Assembly (NCBI GenBank): GCA_015484905.1
Contig: WFUN01000072.1
Coordinates: 1 to 63,818 of the forward strand
DNA from: Hydrogenimonas sp.
GTDB taxonomy: Bacteria; Campylobacterota; Campylobacteria; Campylobacterales; Hydrogenimonadaceae
DNA: 63,818 nt
Reading direction: 5' to 3'
Part shown: piece by piece, positions 18,251 through 26,405 of the stretch
Layout: each line of letters opens with the position of its first letter
How positions within the stretch are numbered: position 1 is the first letter of the stretch
Notes under the pieces: model-generated
What the model was told of the DNA's origin: nothing
What the model saw: only the letters and a program-made list of their open reading frames with translations
The model's database searches: none
Translations under genes and position numbers: made by a program

Positions 18251-19975
18251 ATGAACGTAAACAGTATAAGCAGAAGAGGCTTTATGCACTCAGTTGCTGC
18301 CGCCGCTTTGCTCTTCGGGTCTCATCGAACACTCTTCGCAAAAGAGAGCAAAAGAAGGTTCGGTACAAGAAAACCGGAAGAGGAGCTCGAGGGAAACGAG
18401 TTTCATCTTACGCTCGAAGAGACGGTCGTGAATATAACCGGAACTCCAAAGATCGCCACTACCATAAACGGAATGCTGCCGGGGCCAACGCTCAGGTGGA
18501 GAGAGGGCGAAGAGGTGACGATACACGTAACCAACAATATGCCCAAAAGCGGCTCCATCCACTGGCACGGCATCATACTCCCTTTCAACATGGACGGAGT
18601 GCCCGGCATCAGCTACCCGGGTATCGCGCCCGGCGAGACCTTTACATACCGCTTCAAAGTGCGCCAGAGCGGAACATACTGGTACCATTCTCACACACCT
18701 TTTCATGAACAGACCGGAATGCACGGCTCCATCATAATAGAGCCGAAAGAGAAAGAGCCGTTCGAGTACGACCGCGACTATGTAGTCTCTCTTTCAGACT
18801 GGAGCGACGAAAAACCGGAAGCGATATTCAGGAAACTGAAGATATTCAGCGACTACTACAACTTCAACCAGCGCACCATAGGTGACTTTTTTGAAGAGGT
18901 CAAAGAGAAGGGGTTTTTAAAGGCGTTCGACGATCGCAAGATGTGGAACAGAATGCGAATGAGCGACCGCGACCTTTCGGACGTTACCGGCTACACATAC
19001 ACCTACCTGCTAAACGGAATGACCGACGCGCAGGACTGGAGGGGGCTCTTTAAAAAAGGAGACAGAGTCAGACTGAGGCTCATAAACGAGTCGGCGATGA
19101 CCAACTTCGATGTGCGCATACCCGGCCTCAAGATGGAGGTGGTAGCCGCCGACGGAAACTACGTAAAATCGGTAGAGGTAGATGAGATACGCATCGGTGT
19201 CGCCGAGACTTACGACGTCATAGTGAAACCGGACGACAGAGCCTACTGCATATTCGCACAGAGCATCGAGCGCTCCGGATTTGTCGGCGGAACACTCGCG
19301 CCCGACTCCGCATCCAAAGCCGAAAGACCCGAGATGGACGCCCCGCAGCCGCTCACTATGGCCGACATGGGAATGGGAGGCTACAGCCCGAAGGTCAAAA
19401 AGATGAACATGGCGCATATGAAGATGGCACCGGCCATGAAAGAGGAGCCGAAATATCCGATAACGCCGCTTCCCATAAAGCGAAACGGACCGGCTGTTAC
19501 GATGTGGGCCAAAGATCCGCGCTACAGACTCGACGACCCGGGTGTGGGGCTTAGAGGCAACGGCCGCAAAGTACTCACATACGCAGACCTGAAAAGCCTG
19601 CGCTCGACCGCGGACGATCCCAAGCCCGACAGGGAGATCGTGCTTCATCTTACAGGAAACATGGAGCGCTACATCTGGTCTATAAACGGCATAACGTACG
19701 ACGAGTCGGAGCCGCTGAGGTTCAACTACGGCGAGAGGCTTCGCATAACCTTCGTAAACGATACGATGATGAACCACCCGATGCACCTGCACGGCATGTG
19801 GAGCGATCTCGAGACCGGAGACGATGCGCATCTTGTAAGAAAACATACGCTGCTGGTACAGCCGGGCAGCAAACTGAGCTGCCGTGTTACAGTGGATGCG
19901 AAGGGGGCATGGGCATTTCACTGCCACCTGCTCTACCATATGCTCGGAATGTTTAGAAAAGTGGAGGTGGTGTGA
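18251..19975 (+). CDS. copA: Copper-resistance multicopper oxidase (CopA/PcoA type)
   Basis: Tat signal SRRGF; HWHG, WYHSH, HPMHLHG, HCHLLYHM copper sites; Met-rich insert. Confidence 0.95.
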   Translation: MNVNSISRRGFMHSVAAAALLFGSHRTLFAKESKRRFGTRKPEEELEGNEFHLTLEETVVNITGTPKIATTINGMLPGPTLRWREGEEVTIHVTNNMPKSGSIHWHGIILPFNMDGVPGISYPGIAPGETFTYRFKVRQSGTYWYHSHTPFHEQTGMHGSIIIEPKEKEPFEYDRDYVVSLSDWSDEKPEAIFRKLKIFSDYYNFNQRTIGDFFEEVKEKGFLKAFDDRKMWNRMRMSDRDLSDVTGYTYTYLLNGMTDAQDWRGLFKKGDRVRLRLINESAMTNFDVRIPGLKMEVVAADGNYVKSVEVDEIRIGVAETYDVIVKPDDRAYCIFAQSIERSGFVGGTLAPDSASKAERPEMDAPQPLTMADMGMGGYSPKVKKMNMAHMKMAPAMKEEPKYPITPLPIKRNGPAVTMWAKDPRYRLDDPGVGLRGNGRKVLTYADLKSLRSTADDPKPDREIVLHLTGNMERYIWSINGITYDESEPLRFNYGERLRITFVNDTMMNHPMHLHGMWSDLETGDDAHLVRKHTLLVQPGSKLSCRVTVDAKGAWAFHCHLLYHMLGMFRKVEVV

Positions 19976-20643
19976 TGAAAAAGTTACTTATTTTTCTGCT
20001 GGCGGCAGGTTCGTTGATGGCTGCGGGCGCGGGCGACCCGCTGAGGGCTACTCTTTTAATGGACAGGCTCGAAATTCAGTCGTCTGATGGAGACCCGGCG
20101 GTTTGGGATGCCTCCGCATACATAGGAAAAGATTACGACAAGCTCTACTTCTACAGCGAGGGGAGCAGAACCTCGGATGAGAGCGAAAGCGAAAACGAGC
20201 TGCTCTACAGCCGCGCCGTAACACCCTTTTGGGACCTGCAGGCGGGTATAGAGTACGACAGGGCCGGAAGCGAAAACAGAACATGGGGAGTGGTTGCGGT
20301 TCAGGGGCTGGCACCCTACTTCATAGATACCAGAATGCGTCTTAAGATAGGCGACGGCGCGGTCGGGGCCAATCTCGACTTCGAGTATGAAGCTCTCATA
20401 ACACAAAGACTCATACTGACCCCGCGCATGGAGATAGAAGCCTACAGCGAAGAGGTACCCGAGCTTCAAAAAGGTGGAGGCATATCCTCGGCCGCCGTGG
20501 GTCTGAGGCTAAGATATGAGATAAGAAGAGAGTTCGCACCCTACATAGGTGTCACATACTCGAACAGTTTCGGTAAAACCGCCTCGAAATACGGCGGAGC
20601 GGAAGATACCGCTTTTGTAGCCGGTTTGAGGTTCTGGTTTTAA
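19972..20643 (+). CDS. copB: Copper-resistance outer-membrane protein (CopB/PcoB type)
   Basis: DRLE, LLYSRAVTPFWDLQAG, QGLAPYF, GLRLRYEIRREFAPYIG, terminal GLRFWF; overlaps the copA stop. Confidence 0.93.
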   Translation: MMKKLLIFLLAAGSLMAAGAGDPLRATLLMDRLEIQSSDGDPAVWDASAYIGKDYDKLYFYSEGSRTSDESESENELLYSRAVTPFWDLQAGIEYDRAGSENRTWGVVAVQGLAPYFIDTRMRLKIGDGAVGANLDFEYEALITQRLILTPRMEIEAYSEEVPELQKGGGISSAAVGLRLRYEIRREFAPYIGVTYSNSFGKTASKYGGAEDTAFVAGLRFWF

Positions 20644-20768
20644 AAGAGTTGGCGGCCGGTCCGGGGTCCGCTTTTGAAAAAGCGCAAGCCACCGTCTGCC
20701 GCACAACAGGGTTTGCACAGAAGGCAGAGAGTTTCAGCCAACACCTGACAAAAAAGAAAGGGTATAAG

Positions 20769-21248
20769 ATGAATATTATGGACAAAATGATGCAAGGCAT
20801 GATGGGGAAAATGAGCAAGGAGGAGAAAAAAGAGATGATGAGCAGTATGATGGATAGATTCTTTGCGGAGATGACACCGGATGACAAACAGAAAATGATC
20901 TCAGAGATGATGCCAAAAATGGTGGAAGGAATGAATATGATGGATATGATGCCCAAAATGATGATGAATATGATGGGAGAGAGCAAAGGCGACATGATGC
21001 AAATGTGCAGGAGCAAAATGGGAGAGTCAGGTATGCCGGAGATGATGAGCGAGATGATGCCGAAATGCCTGAATATGATGCTTCCAAAACTCTCCAAAAA
21101 AAGAAGGAGAGACTTTGTGCTGAAGATGACATCGATACTGCTGCAGCAAGGATGCAAAGATCTTTCCGAAAATGAAAAGGCCGATTTTATGAAAAAAATA
21201 GATGAATTGGTAAAAAGTATAAGCGAAAAGGAATTTGAGGAAAGTTGA
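20769..21248 (+). CDS. Methionine-rich hypothetical protein
   Basis: 159 aa from ATG 20769 (AAAGGG upstream; ORF track 20649); 39 Met by hand count, repeated MMPK motifs, no signal peptide. Confidence 0.8.
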   Translation: MNIMDKMMQGMMGKMSKEEKKEMMSSMMDRFFAEMTPDDKQKMISEMMPKMVEGMNMMDMMPKMMMNMMGESKGDMMQMCRSKMGESGMPEMMSEMMPKCLNMMLPKLSKKRRRDFVLKMTSILLQQGCKDLSENEKADFMKKIDELVKSISEKEFEES

Positions 21249-21355
21249 GTGCTTTCATTATTACCCCAATAGCCCCCAAAGTAATGGGGCCCAAACCTGC
21301 CGGAAATTGCAGATCGATCGCTGCTTTTGTAGTTTTATGGAATATTCTATGAGCT

Positions 21356-22522
21356 TTATTTGCAACTGCTCTCCCCTTTTTCATCACAGAGTCTGCTGCG
21401 ACACCATATACAGTTACAGTCGACATGGTTACAGGATACATCTTTGCGACGGCTCTCGTAATGTCTGCTTGCCCAGGGGTAGAGCAGCCTTTTCATCCAT
21501 GAAGGGCCGTACTGTTTTCTCATCGATGCATGCAGATCCTTTCTCGAAGCGACGAGAGCCAGAAAATAATCGTAGAAGCGATTGTCTATGAGATCGTAAA
21601 GTGCCCGGTTGACTATTGAGGTTTCGATTTGGGCTTTAAGCTCTTTTTTCCAGAGTCTGTCGTAGTCTTTGCCGCAGAGCAGACTTTCAGCTGCAAGAAT
21701 ACCGGAATATATGGCCAGACGCATGCCGAATCCCCATAAAGCATCCTGAAACCCGGCATGTTCTCCAACGAGCGGATGACGGCCGCTGTAAGCACTTTCG
21801 GGCAGACGGAAATTTCCGTAGCCGCCATGCGGTTTTGGATCCTGCATCTTCAATCCAACCCTTTTTTCGAATGCTTCCACCGTCCGTTTCACATAGAGCT
21901 TTTCGTTTTTGAAATCGGAAAACATACAGCTTTTGACTGTGCCTCTGCCGTTTATTACAAGAAGATAGGCATAGCCTTTGGGAGCTAAGGTGTCATCGCA
22001 TATTACCCAGTACCCATCCGACATATCCGTGCCGAAGTGGTATCCCACGGCAATGGCATCTGCCGCTTTAGGTCCTATTGCAAGAATACCTTCGTTTTCC
22101 ATCTTTTCAAGACGGCTCTTGAATCTTACCTCAACACCCAAAGAGAGCGCCTGCTCGAGCAGAGCACTGTCGAGCGTACCTGAACCGGGCCCCCGTTCTA
22201 TCATATAAAACAGCGGTCTGTCTGTTTTAACTTCATAGGATTTGCCGGATGGACCGTAAAGAGTACCTTCTTGGCACGGCACAACATTGAAATCTGTTGT
22301 CAATCCTTTTTCTTTAAGTACATTTAAAACATCTTCTTCTTCGGTCCAGTTTTCAAGTCCCTGAAAATCGCCGTCGAAACGGTAGCCCACTTTATCATGC
22401 ATCTCATGCAGCACTACACGGCACCCGGCCTGAGCCAGCTTTATAGCAGCCGCCAGCCCCGCAACTCCCGCACCGGCAATCTCTATCGCTTCATCCGAAG
22501 CGCTGTTTATGATACTCTTCAT
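21356..22522 (-). CDS. FAD-dependent oxidoreductase (geranylgeranyl-reductase-like) with Cys-rich C-terminus
   Basis: IAGAGVAGLAAA Rossmann motif, APKGYAY, VGEHAGFQDALWGFGM, tail CNHVDCNCIWCRSRLC; AAGGAG RBS. Confidence 0.8.
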   Translation of the reverse strand: MKSIINSASDEAIEIAGAGVAGLAAAIKLAQAGCRVVLHEMHDKVGYRFDGDFQGLENWTEEEDVLNVLKEKGLTTDFNVVPCQEGTLYGPSGKSYEVKTDRPLFYMIERGPGSGTLDSALLEQALSLGVEVRFKSRLEKMENEGILAIGPKAADAIAVGYHFGTDMSDGYWVICDDTLAPKGYAYLLVINGRGTVKSCMFSDFKNEKLYVKRTVEAFEKRVGLKMQDPKPHGGYGNFRLPESAYSGRHPLVGEHAGFQDALWGFGMRLAIYSGILAAESLLCGKDYDRLWKKELKAQIETSIVNRALYDLIDNRFYDYFLALVASRKDLHASMRKQYGPSWMKRLLYPWASRHYESRRKDVSCNHVDCNCIWCRSRLCDEKGESSCK

Positions 22523-22630
22523 CGGCAGCTCCTTTGTCGGTTTTTACTTCAAATGTAGCTTTGAAACCGTTTTGGACCCCTTCACTGTTTAGTACCCTGG
22601 AACCATTTCTCAGGACGAATATCTCTTTTT

Positions 22631-22819
22631 TTATCGGCTGTATAGGTAAAAAAAAGAGACAAGCGGTTTTCCTTTGACTGCATTGTATACCTCTTTGACT
22701 TTGTCTAAACTCTCATAAAACTTCTCATCACCGAGATATTGGCGCATAGGGTCGCGTATAAGATAGAAAAAGCAGTACATACGGCCTATTAGCGGATAGT
22801 TGATGAGCAGCTCTTCCAA
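22631..22819 (-). CDS. Short hypothetical ORF or gene remnant
   Basis: TTG start abuts the doxX stop with GGAGG upstream; 62 aa, ends just after a T homopolymer. Confidence 0.3.
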   Translation of the reverse strand: MEELLINYPLIGRMYCFFYLIRDPMRQYLGDEKFYESLDKVKEVYNAVKGKPLVSFFYLYSR

Positions 22820-23260
22820 TCACGCCTCCTCTTTGAATATCACTCTGTCGAGACTGAAACGTCCCCCACCGTGCGCAAGAAGGACAAAGAGCATTATGAA
22901 ATAGTAGAGCGGTATCTCGAAACCGTTGCCTCCTGCGGAGAATCCGTGCGGAAGGTGGACCACCACTATAGCCACTACCATAACTATCATCAAAGGGATT
23001 GATATGAGTCTCGTAAAGAGTCCGAGTGTCAGCAGCATTGCGCCTGCAAGCTCCGTCGTAGCGGCCATATAGGCGTTGAGTGCAGGAAACGGCATACCCA
23101 TCGAACCGAACCACTTGGCGACAGAGTCTATATCGCTCCATTTCATCATAGCCGGCCCGTAAAACCCATATGCAAGAATCAGCCGCACAGCCAGCAAAGA
23201 GACGCTTTTAAAATAGCCTGCCAGTCGGGAAAATTCGATGTATGCCTGTTTGAGTACCAT
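22820..23260 (-). CDS. DoxX family membrane protein
   Basis: RLILAYGF...K, MPFP, ELAGAMLLTLGLFTR, VH, NGFEIPL, GGGRFSLD. Confidence 0.9.
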   Translation of the reverse strand: MVLKQAYIEFSRLAGYFKSVSLLAVRLILAYGFYGPAMMKWSDIDSVAKWFGSMGMPFPALNAYMAATTELAGAMLLTLGLFTRLISIPLMIVMVVAIVVVHLPHGFSAGGNGFEIPLYYFIMLFVLLAHGGGRFSLDRVIFKEEA

Positions 23261-23277
23261 CTTGAATCTTTTTTACG

Positions 23278-23310
23278 ATTATATAGATAGTGTGTGCAAG
23301 AAGTGTGCAG
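23278..23310 (-). promoter_or_regulatory. Motif B copy plus TATAAT upstream of doxX
   Basis: CTGCACACTTCTTGCACACACTATCTATATAAT on the minus strand; same spacing as the copA element. Confidence 0.6.
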
Positions 23311-23384
23311 AAGGAGAATGTGCCGAAAAGCCGCCATCAAAGTGGCGAGCCAGCACCCTGAAAAAACCTTTTTGGAAAAAATTG

Positions 23385-23449
23385 TTTTTATTACCGCACT
23401 GACCGATAGACTGAATTTTTTGTGCGGTAATTCAATATTACAGTATAAT
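23385..23449 (+). promoter_or_regulatory. Motif A / 10-bp inverted repeat operator candidate and -10 box upstream of mtnK
   Basis: ATTACCGCAC (23390-23399)-N22-GTGCGGTAAT (23422-23431), then TATAAT at 23444-23449. Confidence 0.55.
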
Positions 23450-23477
23450 TCATCTGAATTCAACCAGCCTGCAAAGG

Positions 23478-24695
23478 ATGATGATGAACTATGAGATCAT
23501 GACGCCCAAAACGCTTCCAAAATATCTCCTCTCCATACCATCAGTAGCCGACTTTTTCGAAACAGACGAACTGATGACCGAGGAGATAGGCGACGGAAAC
23601 CTGAACTTCGTTTTCATCGTAAAGAGCACAAAAGATCCGCAAAAGAGCCTGATAGTGAAACAGGCTGTTCCATATCTAAGATGCGCTGGAGAGGATTATG
23701 CTCTTTCAAGAGAGCGGATGAAGTTTGAAATTCGTGCGCTTCAAAGCTACAAAACACACGCTCCCAAAGTCTATCATGCCGACGAAGAGATGAGCCTCGT
23801 CGTCATGGAACACCTCAAATCGCACAAGATTCTAAGAAAAGGGCTGATAGAGAAAGAGCGCTACGAACTCTTCGCGGAGCATATAAGCACCTTTTTGGCC
23901 GAAACACTCTTTAAGACCTCCTCTTTTTACCTTCAGAGCGACGAGAAGAGAGCCCTGATAGAGCGTTTCAACGAAAACAGGGAGCTTTGCAAGCTTACCG
24001 AAGATTTCGTCTTCACCTTCCCTTACATGCGAAACGAAACCAACCATATAGAGCTCGGCTGCGAAGAGGAGGCCGAAAGACTCTTCGCCGACACCGCATT
24101 CAAGCAGAACGTGCTGCGACTCAAATACATCTTCATGACCCAGACCGACGCCCTGATCCACGGCGATCTGCACACCGGCTCCATCATGGTGAACCGCAAA
24201 GAGACCTTCGTCATAGACCCGGAGTTTGCGTTTGTGGGGCCTTTTGGCTTCGACATAGGGGCCATAGTGGCCAATCTCGGCAGCTCCTACATATCGCATC
24301 GCCATCTGAGTGAAGATAGAGACTACATGGAGTGGATAGCCGCTCTCATAAAAGATATATGGGAGAGGTTCGAAGCCAAATTCCTGAATCTTTGGAGAGA
24401 GACGAAAAAGAGCGCTCTCATAGAGCCCGGATTCTTGCCGGATGAGGAGTTGGAGCGCTTTAGAAGAGAGTTTATGCAAGATATACTCCGTCAAAGTGCG
24501 GGTTTTGCCGGCTGCAAGATGGCGAGGCGCGTATTCGGGATAGCCGGAGTCGAAGAGATTCGGGGCATAGAGGATCCCGTTTTGAGAAAAAGGGCGATGA
24601 TGGATGCCCTCGAGTGCGGACGCAGGCTGGTTATGGAGCATGAACGAATCGAGTCTATCGACGATGTCGTAAAGATTGTAAAGGGGGCTTCGTGA
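23478..24695 (+). CDS. mtnK: S-methyl-5-thioribose (5-deoxyribose) kinase
   Basis: EIGDGNLNFVF, KQAVPYLR, NRELCKLTEDFVFTFPY, LIHGDLHTGS, IDPEFAFVGP. Confidence 0.93.
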   Translation: MMMNYEIMTPKTLPKYLLSIPSVADFFETDELMTEEIGDGNLNFVFIVKSTKDPQKSLIVKQAVPYLRCAGEDYALSRERMKFEIRALQSYKTHAPKVYHADEEMSLVVMEHLKSHKILRKGLIEKERYELFAEHISTFLAETLFKTSSFYLQSDEKRALIERFNENRELCKLTEDFVFTFPYMRNETNHIELGCEEEAERLFADTAFKQNVLRLKYIFMTQTDALIHGDLHTGSIMVNRKETFVIDPEFAFVGPFGFDIGAIVANLGSSYISHRHLSEDRDYMEWIAALIKDIWERFEAKFLNLWRETKKSALIEPGFLPDEELERFRREFMQDILRQSAGFAGCKMARRVFGIAGVEEIRGIEDPVLRKRAMMDALECGRRLVMEHERIESIDDVVKIVKGAS

Positions 24696-25774
24696 AAGGG
24701 GTCTACAGAGCTTTGAAGCTCGAAAGTGACGGCGCTCTTTTGGTTCTGGACCAGAGGATTCTCCCTTTCGAAGAGGAGTGGGTCAGGATCGAGGATGCGC
24801 AGGCGTGCAGCGAAGCGATTTCCGATATGACGGTAAGAGGAGCCGGGGTCATAGGCAATGTGGCGGCTTTCGGGGTATATCTGGCTTCCAGAGAGTGCAA
24901 TGGAGAGCTTGGGTGCATAAAGAGGCTGGCGAAAAAGATAAGAGAGTCCCGACCTACCGCCGTAAATCTGATGTGGGCGGTGGACAGAATGATGGATGTA
25001 GCGGCGGCTTCAAAAAAAGAGGAGCGCACCGAAAGGCTCAAAGAGGAGGCGATAGCCATATGCGACGAAGATGGGTTGGCAAGCCGCAATATAGGCGGAT
25101 TCGGCGCCGACATCATAGAGGGCCTGATGAAAAATAGGGGCCTTACGCGCATAAACGTACTGACCCACTGCAACGCCGGGTGGCTTGCAATCGTCGATGA
25201 CGGCTCGGCCCTCGCACCCGTATACGAAGCCGCAAGAAGGGGAATAGATATCCATGTATGGGTAGACGAGACGCGCCCGAGAAACCAGGGTGCGAACCTC
25301 ACGGCGTGGGAGCTTCAAAAAAGCTTGATCCCCCATACAATCATCGCCGACAATACCGGCGGCCATCTGATGCAGCACGGCATGGTGGATCTGTGCATAA
25401 CCGGGGCCGACAGGGTAAGCAGAAACGGCGACGCGGCGAACAAGATAGGAACATACCTCAAAGCGCTCGCCGCCAACGACAACCGCGTACCCTTCTACAT
25501 AGCGCTCCCCTCCTCCACTTTCGACTTCTCCGTAAACGACGGCATAAAGGAGATACCCATAGAGGTGAGGAGCGAAGAGGAGGTTACGCACATTAGAGGC
25601 GTAGACGAAGAGGGCCTATACAAAAGAGTGAGAATAGTTCCCGAAGGCTCCGCGGCACTCAACTACGGCTTCGATGTAACGCCAGCGCGCCTGATTACGG
25701 GGCTCATAACGGAGAGGGGTGTATGCACTCCGCAGCGAGAGTCGATAGAATCGATGTTCAAAGAGAAACTATGA
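24692..25774 (+). CDS. mtnA: Methylthioribose-1-phosphate isomerase
   Basis: LDQRILP, VRGAG, RPTAVNL, LTHCNAGWLA, DETRPRNQGANLTAWE, GADRV, ANKIGTY, FDVTP. Confidence 0.95.
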   Translation: MKGVYRALKLESDGALLVLDQRILPFEEEWVRIEDAQACSEAISDMTVRGAGVIGNVAAFGVYLASRECNGELGCIKRLAKKIRESRPTAVNLMWAVDRMMDVAAASKKEERTERLKEEAIAICDEDGLASRNIGGFGADIIEGLMKNRGLTRINVLTHCNAGWLAIVDDGSALAPVYEAARRGIDIHVWVDETRPRNQGANLTAWELQKSLIPHTIIADNTGGHLMQHGMVDLCITGADRVSRNGDAANKIGTYLKALAANDNRVPFYIALPSSTFDFSVNDGIKEIPIEVRSEEEVTHIRGVDEEGLYKRVRIVPEGSAALNYGFDVTPARLITGLITERGVCTPQRESIESMFKEKL

Positions 25775-26367
25775 CAGAGGGGGTCATAAAATATACCCTC
25801 GATTTTGTCAAAACCGATCCGCTCGAAGCCGCCATGTGGGAGCCTCTTGAGCCGATCAGAGCGCGCCTTTTCGAGCTTGGACTCATCGGTGTAAAAGATG
25901 GCGTAGGCTACGGCAACATCAGCCGCAGAATCGAAGGGGGCGGTTTTGTCATCACCGCGACCCAGACGGGCCATCTGCCCTATCTGGACGAAAAGAGCTA
26001 TTCGCTCGTAAAGAGCTACGACGAAGCGGAGTTTCGCATAGAGTCCGAGGGGCCCGCGAAACCGAGCAGCGAAGCGTTCACCCATGCGGCGGTATACGCT
26101 CTGAGCCCGCATATAGAGTGGGTCATACATATACACTCGTTCGCGATCTGGAAGATGATGATGGAGGGTGCGTATCTGAAGACGGCGGATGTAGCATATG
26201 GTACGAAAGAGATGGCCAGAGAGGTCGAAAATATATACAAAGGTACAGACCCGCTTAAAAATCCGCTCTTTGCGATGGCCGGCCACGAAGAGGGGGTGAT
26301 GATCTTCGGCAAAAGCGCGGATGAGGCGTTTGGTGTCGTGAAAAAAATCTTGAATATTTCAAGATAA
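25771..26367 (+). CDS. Class II aldolase/adducin family protein
   Basis: GYGNISRR, FVITATQ, PSSEAFTH, VIHIH, GHEEG; ATGA overlap with mtnA. Confidence 0.85.
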   Translation: MTEGVIKYTLDFVKTDPLEAAMWEPLEPIRARLFELGLIGVKDGVGYGNISRRIEGGGFVITATQTGHLPYLDEKSYSLVKSYDEAEFRIESEGPAKPSSEAFTHAAVYALSPHIEWVIHIHSFAIWKMMMEGAYLKTADVAYGTKEMAREVENIYKGTDPLKNPLFAMAGHEEGVMIFGKSADEAFGVVKKILNISR

Positions 26368-26405
26368 AGTCTCTTTTGGTATAATCCGGTCAAAAAAGGG
26401 TTTCA

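Noticed and set aside
19010-19939. 309-aa antisense ORF, and similar shadows such as 61170-62090, 23832-24641 and 30590-31327
   Set aside because: They lie opposite well-supported genes and have no motifs; codon-bias shadows.
20645-20690. GC-rich possible terminator after copB
   Set aside because: The stem is imperfect and ambiguous, so whether the Met-rich gene is co-transcribed with copAB cannot be decided.
20552-21157. Ile-rich, membrane-like 201-aa ORF
   Set aside because: It is the reverse complement of the ATG repeats of the Met-rich gene.
23238-23402. 54-aa plus-strand ORF containing CKKCAEGECAEK, reminiscent of EGKCG-type copper RiPP precursors
   Set aside because: It has no RBS or signal peptide, overlaps the doxX start antisense, and no MNIO enzyme is nearby; two of the Cys codons come from the complement of the doxX promoter repeat.
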